From: Eledone cirrhosa
Taxonomy: Eukaryota
Reading direction: 5' to 3'
NCBI GenBank assembly: GCA_964016885.1
Contig: OZ024743.1
Span: 354,392,001-354,456,000, forward strand
DNA length: 64,000 bases
A model generated the notes under the pieces. It had not been told where the DNA came from, searched no databases, and was given only the letters and a program-made list of their open reading frames with translations. The position numbers and the translations under genes were made by a program. Positions 12,780 to 26,800 of the stretch are shown piece by piece. Position 1 is the stretch's first letter; each line of letters starts with the position of its first letter.

Positions 12780-15700
12780 CATGCTGGTTGTTGTTGGTGG
12801 TAGAGATTGAGGTTTTTGTGTTTCTGGTAATGGTGATGCTGATGATTGTCCTCATGCTGGTTGTTGTTGGTGGTAGAGATTGAGGTTTTTGTGTTTCTGG
12901 TAATGGTGATGCTGATGATTGTCCTCATGCTGGTTGTTGTTGGTGGTAGAGATTGAGGTTTTTGTGTTTCTGGTAATGGTGATGCTGATGATTGTCTTCA
13001 CACTGGTTGTTGTTGGTGATAGAGATTGAGATATTTGTGATTCTGGTAATGGTGATGCTGATGATTGTCCTCATGCTGGTTGTTGTTGGTGGTAGAGATT
13101 GAGGTTTTTGTGATCCTGGTAATGGTGATGCTGATGATTGTCCTCATGCTGGTTGTTGTTGGTGGTAGAGATTGAGGTTTTTGTGATCCTGGTAATGGTG
13201 ATGCTGATGATTGTCCTCATGCTGGTTGTTGTTGGTGGTAGAGATTGAGGTTTTTGTGATCCTGGTAATGGTGATGCTGATGATTGTCCTCATGCTGGTT
13301 GTTGTTGGTGGTAGAGATTGAGGTTTTTGTGATCCTGGTAATGGTGATGCTGATGATTGTCCTCATGCTGGTTGTTGTTGGTGGTAGAGATTGAGGTTTT
13401 TGTGTTCCTGGTAATGGTGATGCTGATGATTGTCCTCATGCTGGTTGTTGTTGGTGGTACAGATTGAGGTTTTTGTGATTCTGGTAATGGTGATGCTGAT
13501 GATTGTCCTCATGCTGGTTGTTGTTGGTGGTAGAGATTGAGGATTTTGTGATTCTGGTAATGGTGATGCTGATGATTGTCTTCATGCTGGTTGTTGTTGG
13601 AGATAGAGATTGAGGTCTTTGTGATTCTGGTAATGGTGATGCTGATGATTGTCCTCATGCTGGTTGTTATTGGTGGTAGAGATTGAGGTTTTTGTGATCC
13701 TGGTAATGGTGATGCTGATGATTGTCTTCATGCTGGTTGTTGTTGGTGGTAGAGATTGAGGTTTTTGTGATTCTGGTAATGGTGATGCTGATGATTGTCC
13801 TCATGCTGGTGTTGTTGGTGGTAGAGATTGAGGTTTTTGTGATTCTGGTAATGGTGAATCTGATGATTGTCTTCATTCTGGTTGTTGTTGGTGATAGAGA
13901 TTGAGGTTTTTGTGATTCTGGTAATGGTGATGCTGATGATTGTCTTCATGCTGGTTGTTGTTGGTGATAGAGATTGAGGTTTTTGTGATTCTGGTAATGG
14001 TGATGCTGATCATTGTTTTCATGCTGGTTGATGTTGGTGGTAGAGATTGAGGTTTTTGGAATTCTGGTAATGGTGATGCTGATGATTGTCTTCATGCTGG
14101 TTGTTGTTGGTGGTAGAGATTGAGTTTTTTGTGATTCTTGTAATGGTGATGCTGATGATTGTCCTCATGCTGGTAGTTGTTGGTGGTAGAGATTGAGGTT
14201 TTTGGGATTCTGGTAATGGTGATGCTGATGATTGTCTTCATGCTGGTTGTTGTTGGTGGTAGAGATTGAGTTTTTTGTGATTCTTGTAATGGTGATGCTG
14301 ATGATTGTCCTCCTGCTGGTTGTTGTTGGTGGTAGGGATTGAGGTTTTTGGGATTCTGGTAATGGTGATGCTGATGATTGTCCTCATGCTGGTTGTTGTT
14401 GGTGGTAGAGATTGAGGTTCTTGTGTTTCTGGTAATGGTGATGCTGATGATTGTCCTCATGCTGGTTGTTCTTGGTGGTAGAGATTGAGGTTTTTGTGTT
14501 TCTGGTAATGGTGATGCTGATGATTGTCTTCATGCTGGTTGTTGTTGGTGGTAGAGATTGAGGTTTTTGTGTTTCTGGTAATGGTGATGCTGATGATTGT
14601 CTTCATGCTGGTTGTTGTTGGTGGTAGAGATTGAGGTTTTTGTGTTTCTGGTAATGGTGATGCTGATGATATTTCTCATGCTGGTTGTTGTTGGTGGTAG
14701 AGATTGAGGTTTTTGGGATTCTGGTAATGGTGATGCTGATGATTGTCTTAATGCTGGTGTTGTTTGTTATAGAGATTGAGGTTTTTGTGTTTCTGGTAAT
14801 GGTGATGCTGATGATTGTCTTCATGCTGGTTGTCATTGGTGGTAGAGATTGACGTTTTTGTTATTCTGGTAATGGTGATGCTGATGATTGTCTTCATGCT
14901 GGTTGTTGTTGGTGGTAGAGATTGAGGTTTTTGTGATTCTGGTAATGGTGATGCTGATGATTGTCCTCATGCTGGTTGTTGTTGGTGGTAGAGATTGAGG
15001 TATCTGTGATTCTGGTAATGGTGATGCTGATGATTGTCTTCATGCTGGTCTTGTTGGTGGTAGAGATTGAGGTTTTTGTGATTCTGGTAATGGTGATGCT
15101 GATGATTGTCCTCATGCTGGTTGTTGTTGGTGGTAGAGATTGAGGTTTTTGTGATTCTGGTAATGGTGATGCTGATGATTGTCCTCATGCTGGTTGTTAT
15201 TGGTGGTAGAGATTGAGGTTTTTGTGATCCTGGTAATGGTGATGCTGATGATTGTCCTCATGCTGGTTGTTGTTGGTGGTAGAGATTGTGGTTTTTGTGA
15301 TTATGGTAATGGTGATGCTGATGATTGTCTTCATGCTGGTTGTTGTTGGTGGTAGAGATTGAGGTTTTTGTGATTCTGGTAATGGTGATGCTGATGATTG
15401 TCTTCATGCTGGTTGTTGTTGGTGGTAGAGATTGAGGTTTTTGTGATTCTGGTAATGGTGATGCTGATGATTGTCCTCATGCTGGTTGTTGTTGGTGGTA
15501 GAGCTTGAGGTTTTGTGATTCTGGTAATGGTGATGCTGATGATTGTCTTCATGCTGGTTGTTGTTGGTGGTAGAGATTGAGGTTTTTGTGTTTCTGGTAA
15601 TGGTGATGCTGATGATTGTCTTCATGCTGGTTGTTGTTGGTGGTAGAGATTGAGGTTTTTGTGTTTCTGGTAATGGTGATGCTGATGATATTTCTCATGC

Positions 15701-16400
15701 TGGTTGTTGTTGGTGGTAGAGATTGAGGTTTTTGGGATTCTGGTAATGGTGATGCTGATGATTGTCTTAATGCTGGTGTTGTTGGTGGTAGAGATTGAGG
15801 TTTTTGTGTTTCTGGTAATGGTGATGCTGATGATTGTCTTCATGCTGGTTGTCATTGGTGGTAGAGATTGACGTTTTTGTTATTCTGGTAATGGTGATGC
15901 TGATGATTGTCTTCATGCTGGTTGTTGTTGGTGGTAGAGATTGAGGTTTTTGTGATTCTGGTAATGGTGATGCTGATGATTGTCCTCATGCTGGTTGTTG
16001 TTGGTGGTAGAGATTGAGGTATCTGTGATTCTGGTAATGGTGATGCTGATGATTGTCTTCATGCTGGTCTTGTTGGTGGTAGAGATTGAGGTTTTTGTGA
16101 TTCTGGTAATGGTGATGCTGATGATTGTCCTCATGCTGGTTGTTGTTGGTGGTAGAGATTGAGGTTTTTGTGATTCTGGTAATGGTGATGCTGATGATTG
16201 TCCTCATGCTGGTTGTTGTTGGTGGTAGAGATTGAGGTTTTTGTGATCCTGGTAATGGTGATGCTGATGATTGTCCTCATGCTGGTTGTTGTTGGTGGTA
16301 GAGATTGAGGTTTTTGTGATTATGGTAATGGTGATGCTGATGATTGTCTTCATGCTGGTTGTTGTTGGTGGTAGAGATTGAGGTTTTTGTGATTCTGGTA
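12780..16400. repeat. Satellite domain B, first occurrence (contains a 14-mer tandem duplication)
   Basis: Variants GGTGAATCTG, GATCATTGTTTTC, TTGGAATTC, GCTGGTAGTT, GATATTTCTC, CTTAATGCTGGTG, GACGTTTTTGTTA and GAGGTATCTG. ORF pairs 14603/15622 and 14894/15913 differ by 1019 = 14x73 - 3. Confidence 0.8.
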
Positions 16401-19400
16401 ATGGTGATGCTGATGATTGTCTTCATGCTGGTTGTTGTTGGTGGTAGAGATTGAGGTTTTTGTGATTCTGGTAATGGTGATGCTGATGACTGTCCTCATG
16501 CTGGTTGTTGTTGGTGGTAGAGCTTGAGGTTTTTGTGATTCTGGTAATGGTGATGCTGATGATTGTCCTCATGCTGGTTGTTGTTGGTGGTAGAGATTGA
16601 GGTTTTTGTGATTCTGGTAATGGTGATGCTGATGAATGTCTTCATGCTGGTTGTTGTTGGTGGTAGAGATTGAGGTTTTTGTGATTCTGGTAATGGTGAT
16701 GCTGATGATTGTCCTCATGCTGGTTGTTGCTGGTGGTAGAGATTGAGGTTTTTGTGATTCTGGTAATGGTGATGCTGATGATTGTCCTCATGCTGGTTGT
16801 TGTTGGTGGTAGAGATTGAGGTTTTTGTAATTCTGGTAATGGTGATGCTGATGATTGTCTTCATGCTGGTTGTTTTGGTGGTAGAGATTGAGGTTTTTGT
16901 GATTCTGGTAATGGTGATGCTGATGATTGTCCTCATGCTGGTTGTTGTTGGTGGTAGAGATTGAGGTTTTTGTGATCCTGGTAATGGTGATGCTGATGAT
17001 TGTCCTCATGATGGTTGTTGTTGGTGGTAGAGATTGAGGTTTTTGTGATTATGGTAATGGTGATGCTGATGATTGTCTTCATGCTGGTTGTTGTTGGTGG
17101 TAGAGATTGAGGTTTTTGTGATTCTGGTAATGGTGATGCTGATGATTGTCTTCATGCTGGTTGTTGTTGGTGGTAGAGATTGAGGTTTTTGTGATTCTGG
17201 TAATGGTGATGCTGATGATTGTCTTCATGCTGGTTGTTGTTGGTGGTAGAGATTGAGGTTTTTGTGATTCTGGTAATGGTGATGCTGATGATTGTCCTCA
17301 TGCTGGTTGTTGTTGGTGGTAGAGATTGAGGTTTTTGTGATTCTGCTAATGGTGATGCTGATGATTGTCTTCATGCTGGTTGTTGTTGGTGGTAGAGATT
17401 GAGGTTTTTGTGATTCTGGTAATGGTGATGCTGATGATTGTCTTCATGCTGGTTGTTGTTGGTGGTAGAGATTGAGGTTTTTGTGATTCTGGTAATGGTG
17501 ATGCTGATGATTGTCCTCATGCTGGTTGTTGTTGGTGGTAGAGATTGAGGTTTTTGTGATTCTGCTAATGGTGATGCTGATGATTGTCTTCATGCTGGTT
17601 GTTGTTGGTGGTAGAGATTGAGGTTTTTGTGATTCTGGTAATGGTGATGCTGATGATTGTCCTCATGCTGGTTGTTGTTGGTGGTAGAGATTGAGGTTTT
17701 TGTGATTCTGGTAATGGTGATGCTGATGATTGTCTTCATGCTGGTTGTTGTTGGTGGTAGAGATTGAGGTTTTTGTGATTCTGGTAATGGTGATGCTGAT
17801 GATTGTCTTCATGCTGGTTGTTGTTGGTGGTAGAGATTGAGGTTTTTGTGATTCTGGTAATGGTGATGCTGATGATTGTCCTCATGCTGGTTGTTGTTGG
17901 TGGTAGAGATTGAGGTTTTTGTGATTCTGCTAATGGTGATGCTGATGATTGTCTTCATGCTGGTTGTTGTTGGTGGTAGAGATTGAGGTTTTTGTGATTC
18001 TGGTAATGGTGATGCTGATGATTGTCCTCATGCTGGTTGTTGTTGGTGGTAGAGATTGAGGTTTTTGTGATTCTGGTAATGGTGATGCTGATGATTGTCC
18101 TCATGCTGGTTGTTGCTGGTGGTAGGGATTGAGGTTTTTGTGATTCTGGTAATGGTGATGCTGATGATTGTCCTCATGCTGGTTGTTGTTAGTGGTAGAG
18201 ATTGAGGTTTTTGTGATTCTGGTAATGGTGATGCTGATGATTGTCCTCATGCTGGTTGTTGTTAGTGGTAGAGATTGAGGTTTTGTGATTCTGGTAATGG
18301 TGATGCTGATGATTGTCCTCATGCTGGTTGTTGTTAGTGTTAGAGATTGAGGTTTTTGTGAGTCTGGTAATGGTGATTCTGATGATTGTCCTCATGCTGG
18401 TTGTTGTTAGTGGTAGAGATTGAGGTTTTTGTGATTCTGGTAATGGTGATGCTGATGATTGTCCTCATGCTGGTTGTTGTTAGTGGTAGAGATTGAGGTT
18501 TTTGTGATTCTGGTAATGGTGATGCTGATGATTGTCCTCATGCTGGTTGTTGTTGGTGGTAGAGATTGAGGTTTTTGTGATTCTGGTAATGGTGATGCTG
18601 ATGATTGTCCTCATGCTGGTTGTTGCTGGTGGTAGGGATTGAGGTTTTTGTGATTCTGGTAATGGTGATGCTGATGATTGTCCTCATGCTGGTTGTTGTT
18701 GGTGGTAGTGATTGAGGTTTTTGTGATTCTGGTAATGGTGATGCTGATGATTGTCCTCATGCTGGTTGTTCTTGGTGGTTGAGATTGAGGTTTTTGTGAT
18801 TCTGGTAATGGTGATGCTGATGATTGTCCTCATGCTGGTTGTTGTTGGTGGTAGAGATTGAGGTTTTTGTAATTCTGGTAATGGTGATGCTGATGATTGT
18901 CCTCATGCTGGTTGTTGGTGGTGGTAGAGATTGAGGTTTTTGTGATTCTGGTAATGGTGATGCTGATGATTGTCCTCATGCTGGTTGTTGTTGGTGGTAG
19001 AGATTGAGGTTTTTGTGATTCTTGTAATGGTGATGCGGATGATTGTCCTCATGCTGGTTGTTGTTGGTGGTAGAGATTGAGGTTTTTGTGATCCTGGTAA
19101 TGGTGATGCTGATGATTGTCCTCATGCTGGTTGTTGTTGGTGGTAGAGATTGAGGTTTTTGTGATTCTGGTAATGGTAATGCTGATGATTGTCTTCATGC
19201 TGGTTGTTGTTGGTGATAGAGATTGAGGTCTTTGTGATTCTGGTAATGGTGATGCTGATGATTGTCCTCATGCTGGTTGTTGTTGGTGGTAGAGATTGAG
19301 GTTTTTTTGATCCTGGTAATGGTGAATCTGATGATTGTCTTCATGCTGGTTGTTGTTGGTGATAGAGATTGAGGTCTCTGTGATTCTGGTAATGGTGATG

Positions 19401-22400
19401 CTGATGATTGTCTTCATGCTGGTTGTTGTTGGTGATAGAGATTGAGGTTTTTGTGATTCTGGTAATGGTGATGCTGATGATTGTCTTTATGCTGGTTGTT
19501 GTTGGTGGTAGAGATTGAGGTTTTTGTGATTCTGGTAATGGTGATGCTGATGATTGTCCTCATGCTGGTTGTTGTTGGTGGTAGAGATTGAGGTTTTTGT
19601 GATTCTGGTAATGGTGATGCTGATGATTGTCCTCATGCTGGTGTTGCTGGTGGTAGAGATTGAGGTTTTTGTGATTCTGGTAATGGTGAATCTGATGATT
19701 GTCTTCATGCTGGTTGTTGTTGGTGATAGAGATTGAGGTCTCTGTGATTCTGGTAATGGTGATGCTGATGATTGTCTTCATGCTGGTTGTTGTTGGTGAT
19801 AGAGATTGAGGTTTTTGTAATTCTGGTAATGGTGATGCTGATGATTGTCCTCATGCTGGTTGTTGTTGGTGGTAGAGATTGAGGTTTTTGTGATTCTGGT
19901 AATGGTGATGCTGATGATTGTCCTCATGCTGGTTGTTGTTAGTGGTAGAGATTGAGGTTTTTGTGATTCTGGTAATGGTGATGCTGATGATTGTCCCCAT
20001 GCTGGTTGTTGTTGGTGGTAGAGATTGAGGTTTTTGTGATTCTGGTAATGGTGATGCTGATGATTGTCTTCATGCTGGTTGTTGTTGGTGGTAGAGATTG
20101 AGGTTTTTGTGATTCTGGTAATGGTGATGCTGATGATTGTCCTCATGCTGGTTGTTGTTGGTGGTAGAGATTGAGGTATCTGTGATTCTGGTAATGGTGA
20201 TGCTGATGATTGTCTTCATGCTGGTCTTGTTGGTGGTAGAGATTGAGGTTTTTGTGATTCTGGTAATGGTGATGCTGATGATTGTCCTCATGCTGGTTGT
20301 TGTTGGTGGTAGAGATTGAGGTTTTTGTGATTCTGGTAATGGTGATGCTGATGATTGTCCTCATGCTGGTTGTTGTTGGTGGTAGAGATTGAGGTTTTTG
20401 TGATCCTGGTAATGGTGATGCTGATGATTGTCCTCATGCTGGTTGTTGTTGGTGGTAGAGATTGAGGTTTTTGTGATTATGGTAATGGTGATGCTGATGA
20501 TTGTCTTCATGCTGGTTGTTGTTGGTGGTAGAGATTGAGGTTTTTGTGATTCTGGTAATGGTGATGCTGATGATTGTCTTCATGCTGGTTGTTGTTGGTG
20601 GTAGAGATTGAGGTTTTTGTGATTCTGGTAATGGTGATGCTGATGATTGTCCTCATGCTGGTTGTTGTTGGTGGTAGAGCTTGAGGTTTTTGTGATTCTG
20701 GTAATGGTGATGCTGATGATTGTCCTCATGCTGGTTGTTGTTGGTGGTAGAGATTGAGGTTTTTGTGATTCTGGTAATGGTGATGCTGATGAATGTCCTC
20801 ATGCTGGTTGTTGTTGGTGGTAGAGATTGAGGTTTTTGTGATTCTGGTAATGGTGATGCTGATGATTGTCCTCATGCTGGTTGTTGCTGGTGGTAGAGAT
20901 TGAGGTTTTTGTGATTCTGGTAATGGTGATGCTGATGATTGTCCTCATGCTGGTTGTTGTTGGTGGTAGAGATTGAGGTTTTTGTAATTCTGGTAATGGT
21001 GATGCTGATGATTGTCTTCATGCTGGTTGTTGTTGGTGGTAGAGATTGAGGTTTTTGTGATTCTGGTAATGGTGATGCTGATGATTGTCCTCATGCTGGT
21101 TGTTGTTGGTGGTAGAGATTGAGGTTTTTGTGATCCTGGTAATGGTGATGCTGATGATTGTCCTCATGCTGGTGGTTGTTGGTGGTAGAGATTGAGGTTT
21201 TTGTGATTATGGTAATGGTGATGCTGATGATTGTCTTCATGCTGGTTGTTGTTGGTGGTAGAGATTGAGGTTTTTGTGATTCTGGTAATGGTGATGCTGA
21301 TGATTGTCTTCATGCTGGTTGTTGTTGGTGGTAGAGATTGAGGTTTTTGTGATTCTGGTAATGGTGATGCTGATGATTGTCCTCATGCTGGTTGTTGTTG
21401 GTGGTAGAGATTGAGGTTTTTGTGATTCTGGTAATGGTGATGCTGATGATTGTCCTCATGCTGGTTGTTGTTGGTGGTAGAGATTGAGGTTTTTGTGATT
21501 CTGGTAATGGTGATGCTGATGATTGTCTTCATGCTGGTTGTTGTTGGTGGTAGAGATTGAGGTTTTTGTGATTCTGGTAATGGTGATGCTGATGATTGTC
21601 CTCATGCTGGTTGTTGTTGGTGGTAGAGATTGAGGTTTTTGTGATTCTGGTAATGGTGATGCTGATGATTGTCCTCATGCTGGTTGTTGTTGGTGGTAGA
21701 GATTGAGGTTTTTGTAATTCTGGTAATGGTGATGCTGATGATTGTCCTCATGCTGGTTGTTGTTGGTGGTAGAGATTGAGGTTTTTGTGATTCTGGTAAT
21801 GGTGATGCTGATGATTGTCCTCATGCTGGTTGTTGTTAGTGGTAGAGATTGAGGTTTTTGTGATTCTGGTAATGGTGATGCTGATGATTGTCCTTATGCT
21901 GGTTGTTGTTGGTGGTAGAGATTGAGGTTTTTGTGATTCTGGTAATGGTGATGCCGATGAATGTCCTCATGCTGGTTGTTGTTGGTGGTAGAGATTGAGG
22001 TTTTTGTGATTCTGGTAATGGTGATGCTGATGATTGTCTTCATGTTGGTTGTTGTTGGTGGTAGAGATTGAGGTTTTTGTGATTCTGGTAATGGTGATGC
22101 TGATGATTGTCCTCATGCTGGTTGTTGTTGGTGGTAGAGATTGAGGTTTTTGTGATTCTGGTAATGGTGATGCTGATGATTGTCTTCATGCTGGTTGTTG
22201 TTGGTGGTAGAGATTGAGGTTTTTGTGATTCTGGTAATGGTGATGCTGATGATTGTCCTCATGCTGGTTGTTGTTAGTGGTAGAGATTGAGGTTTTTGTG
22301 ATTCTGGTAATGGTGATGCTGATGATTGTCCTCATGCTGGTTGTTGCTGGTGGTAGGGATTGAGGTTTTTGTGATTCTGGTAATGGTGATGCTGATGATT

Positions 22401-23800
22401 GTCCTCATGCTGGTTGTTGTTAGTGGTAGAGATTGAGGTTTTTGTGATTCTGGTAATGGTGATGCTGATGATTGTCCTCATGCTGGTTGTTGTTAGTGGT
22501 AGAGATTGAGGTTTTTGTGATTCTGGTAATGGTGATGCTGATGATTGTCCTCATGTTGGTTGTTGTTGATGGTAGAGATTGAGGTTTGTGTGATTCTGGT
22601 AATGGTGATGCTGATGATTGTCCTCATGCTGGTTGTTGCTGGTGGTAGGGATTGAGGTTTTTGTGATTCTGGTAATGGTGATGCTGATGATTGTCCTCAT
22701 GCTGGTTGTTGTTGGTGGTAGTGATTGAGGTTTTTGTGATTCTGGTAATGGTGATGCTGATGATTGTCCTCATGCTGGTTGTTCTTGGTGGTTGAGATTG
22801 AGGTTTTTGTGATTCTGTTAATGGTGATGCTGATGATTGTCCTCATGCTGGTTGTTGTTGGTGGTAGAGATTGAGGTTTTTGTAATTCTGGTAATGGTGA
22901 TGCTGATGATTGTCCTCATGCTGGTTGTTGGTGGTGGTAGAGATTGAGGTTTTTATGATTCTGGTAATGGTGATGCTGATGATTGTCCTCATGCTGGTTG
23001 TTGTTGGTGGTAGAGATTGAGGTTTTTGTGATTCTTGTAATGGTGATGCTGATGATTGTCCTCATGCTGGTTGTTGTTGGTGGTAGAGATTGAGGTTTTT
23101 GTGATTCTGGTAATGGTGATGCTGATGATTGTCTTCATGCTGGTTGTTGTTGGTGATAGAGATTGAGGTCTTTGTGATTCTGGTAATGGTGATGCTGATG
23201 ATTGTCCTCATGCTGGTTGTTGTTGGTGGTAGAGATTGAGGTTTTTTTGATCCTGGTAATGGTGAATCTGATGATTGTCTTCATGCTGGTTGTTGTTGGT
23301 GATAGAGATTGAGGTCTCTGTGATTCTGGTAATGGTGATGCTGATGATTGTCTTCATGCTGGTTGTTGTTGGTGATAGAGATTGAGGTTTTTGTGATTCT
23401 GGGAATGGTGATGCTGATGATTGTCTTTATGCTGGTTGTTGTTGGTGGTAGAGATTGAGGTTTTTGTGATTCTGGTAATGGTGATGCTGATGATTGTCCT
23501 CATGCTGGTTGTTGTTGGTGGTAGAGATTGAGGTTTTTGTGATTCTGGTAATGGTGATGCTGATGATTGTCCTCATGCTGGTGTTGCTGGTGGTAGAGAT
23601 TGAGGTTTTTGTGATTCTGGTAATGGTGAATCTGATGATTGTCTTCATGCTGGTTGTTGTTGGTGATAGAGATTGAGGTCTCTGTGATTCTGGTAATGGT
23701 GATGCTGATGATTGTCTTCATGCTGGTTGTTGTTGGTGATAGAGATTGAGGTTTTTGTAATTCTGGTAATGGTGATGCTGATGATTGTCCTCATGCTGGT
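16400..23800. repeat. Satellite domain C, first occurrence
   Basis: Variants TTGTAATTC, GATGAATGTC, TCTGCTAAT, GCTGGTGGTAGGG, TTCTTGGTGGTTGAG and GAGGTCTCTG. The cassette at 19487 recurs at 23427 (3940 = 54x73 - 2). Confidence 0.7.
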
Positions 23801-26800
23801 TGTTGTTGGTGGTAGAGATTGACGTTTTTGTTATTCTGGTAATGGTGATGCTGATGATTGTCCTCATGCTGGTTGTTGTTAGTGGTAGAGATTGAGGTTT
23901 TTGTGATTCTGGTAGTGGTGATGCTGATGATTGTCCTCATGTTGGTTGTTGTTAGTGGTAGAGATTGAGGTTTTTGTGATTCTGGTAATGGTGATGCTGA
24001 TGATTGTCCTCATGCTGGTTGTTGTTGGTGTTAGAGATTGAGGATTTTGTGATTCTGGTAATGGTGATGCTGATGATTGTCCTCATGCTGGTTGTTGTTG
24101 GTGGTAGAGATTGAGGTTTTTGTGATTCTGATAATGGTGATGCTGATGATTGTCCTCATGCTGGTTGTTGTTAGTGGTAGAGATTGAGGTTTTTGTGATT
24201 CTGGTAATGGTGATGCTGATGATAGTCCTCATGCTGGTTGTTGTTGGTTGTATAGATTGAGGTTTTTGTGATTCTGGTAATGGTGATGCTGATGATTGTC
24301 CTCATGCTGGTTGTTGTTAGTGGTAGAGATTGAGGTTTTTGTGATTCTGGTAATATTGATGCTGATGATTGTCCTCATGCTGGTTGTTGTTGGTGGTAGA
24401 GATTGAGGATTTTGTGATTCCGGTAATGGTGATGCTGATGATTGTCCTCATGCTGGTTGTTGTTAGTGGTAGAGATTGAGGTTTTTGTGATTCTGGTAAT
24501 GGTGATGCTGATGATTGTCCTCATGCTGGTTGTTGTTGGTGGTAGAGATTGAGGTTTTTGTGATTCTGGTAATGGTGATGCTGATGATTGTCCTCATGCT
24601 GGTTGTTGTTAGTGGTAGAGATTGAGGTTTTTGTGATTCTGGTAATGGTGATGCTGATGATTGTCCTCATGCTGGTTGTTGTTAGTGGTAGAGATTGAGG
24701 ATTTTGTAATTCTGGTAATGGTGATGCTGATGATTGTCCTCATGCTGGTTGTTGTTGGTGGTAGAGATTGAGGTTTTTGTGATTCTGGTAATGGTGATGC
24801 TCATGATTGTCCTCATGCTGGTTGTTGTTAGTGGTAGAGATTGAGGTTTTTGTGATTCTGGTAATGGTGATGCTGATGATTGTCCTCATGCTGGTTGTTG
24901 TTGGTGGTAGAGATTGAGGTTTTTGTGATTCTGGTAATGGTGATGCTGATGATTGTCCTCATGCTGGTTGTTTTTGGTGGTAGAGATTGAGGTTTTTGTG
25001 ATTCTGGTAATGGTGATGCTGATGATTTTCCTCATGCTGGTTGTTGTTAGCGGTAGAGATTGAGGTTTTTGTGATTCTGGTAATGGTGATGCTGATGATT
25101 CTCTTCATGCTGGTTGTTGTTGGTGGTAGAGATTGAGGTTTTTGTGATTCTGGTAATGGTGATGCTGATGATTGTCTTCATACTGGTTGTTGTTGGTGGT
25201 AGAGATTGAGGTTTTTGTGATTCTGGTAATGGTGATGCTGATGATTGTCTTCATGCTGGTTGTTGTTGGTGGTAGAGATTGAGGTTTTTGTGATTCTGGT
25301 AATGGTGATGCTGATGATTGTCCTCATGCTGGTTGTTGTTAGTGGTAGAGATTGAGGTTTTTGTGATTCTGGTAATGGTGATGCTGATGATTGTCCTCAT
25401 GCTGGTTGTTGCTGGTGGTAGGGATTGAGGTTTTTGTGATTCTGGTAATGGTGATGCTGATGATTGTCCTCATGCTGGTTGTTGTTAGTGGTAGAGATTG
25501 AGGTTTTTGTGATTCTGGTAATGGTGATGCTGATGATTGTCTTCATGTTGGTTGTTGTTGGTGGTAGAGATTGAGGTTTTTGTGATTCTGGTAATGGTGA
25601 TGCTGATGATTGTCCTCATGCTGGTTGTTGTTGGTGGTAGAGATTGAGGTTTTTGTGATTCTGGTAATGGTGATGCTGATGATTTTCCTCATGCTGGTTG
25701 TTGTTGGTGGTAGAGATTGAGGTTTTTGTGATCCTGGTAATGGTGATGCTGATGATTGTCCTCATGCTGGTTGTTGTTGGTGGTAGAGATTGAGGTTTTT
25801 GTGATCCTGGTAATGGTGATGCTGATGATTGTCCTTATGCTGGTTGTTGTTGGTGGTAGAGATTGAGGTTTTTGTGATTCTGGTAATGGTGATGCTGATG
25901 ATTGTCCTCATGCTGGTTGTTGTTGTTGGTAGAGATTGAGGTTTTTGTGATTCTGGTAATGGTGATGCTGATGATTGTCCTCATGCTGGTTGTTGTTGGT
26001 GGTAGAGATTGAGGTTTTTGTGATTCTGGTAATGGTGATGCTGATGATTGTCCTCATGCTGGTTGTTGTTAGTGGTAGAGATTGAGGTTTTTGTGATTCT
26101 GGTAATGGTGATGCTGATGATTGTCCTCATGCTGGTTGTTGTTAGTGGTAGAGATTGAGGATTTTGTGATTCTGGTAATGGTGATGCTGATGATTGTCCT
26201 CATGCTGGTTGTTGTTGGTGGTAGAGATTGAGGTTTTTGTGATTCTGGTAATGGTGATGCTGATGATTGTCCTCATGCTGGTTGTTGTTAGTGGTAGAGA
26301 TTGAGGTTTTTGTGATTCTGGTAATGGTGATGCTGATGATTGTCCTCATGCTGGTTGTTGTTGGTGGTAGAGATTGAGGTTTTTGTGATTCTGGTAATGG
26401 TGATGCTGATGATTGTCCTCATGCTGGTTGTTGTTAGTGGTAGAGATTGAGGTTTTTGTGATTCTGGTAATGGTGATGCTGATGATTGTCCTCATGCTGG
26501 TTGTTGTTGGTGGTAGAGATTGAGGATTTTGTGATTCTGGTAATGGTGATGCTGATGATTGTCCTCATGCTGGTTGTTGTTGGTGGTAGAGATTGAGGTT
26601 TTTGTGATTCTGGTAATGGTGATGCTGATGATTGTCCTCATGCTGGTTGTTGTTAGTGGTAGACATTGAGGTTTTTGTGATTCTGGTAATGGTGATGCTG
26701 ATGATTGTCCTCATGCTGGTTGTTGTTGGTGGTAGAGATTGAGGTTTTTGTGATTCTGGTAATGGTGATGCTGATGATTGTCCTCATGCTGGTTGTTGTT

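Larger units (their letters stand above)
1..12780. repeat. Satellite domain A (most variant-rich monomer set)
   Basis: Variants GTTGATGGTGATAG, TTTTATGTTTCTGG, GATTCGTGTAAT, GGTACAAATTG and CCTCTTGCTGG recur here, and I did not see them further right. GTCATTGG and GATCCTGG are frequent. Boundary approximate. Confidence 0.75.
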
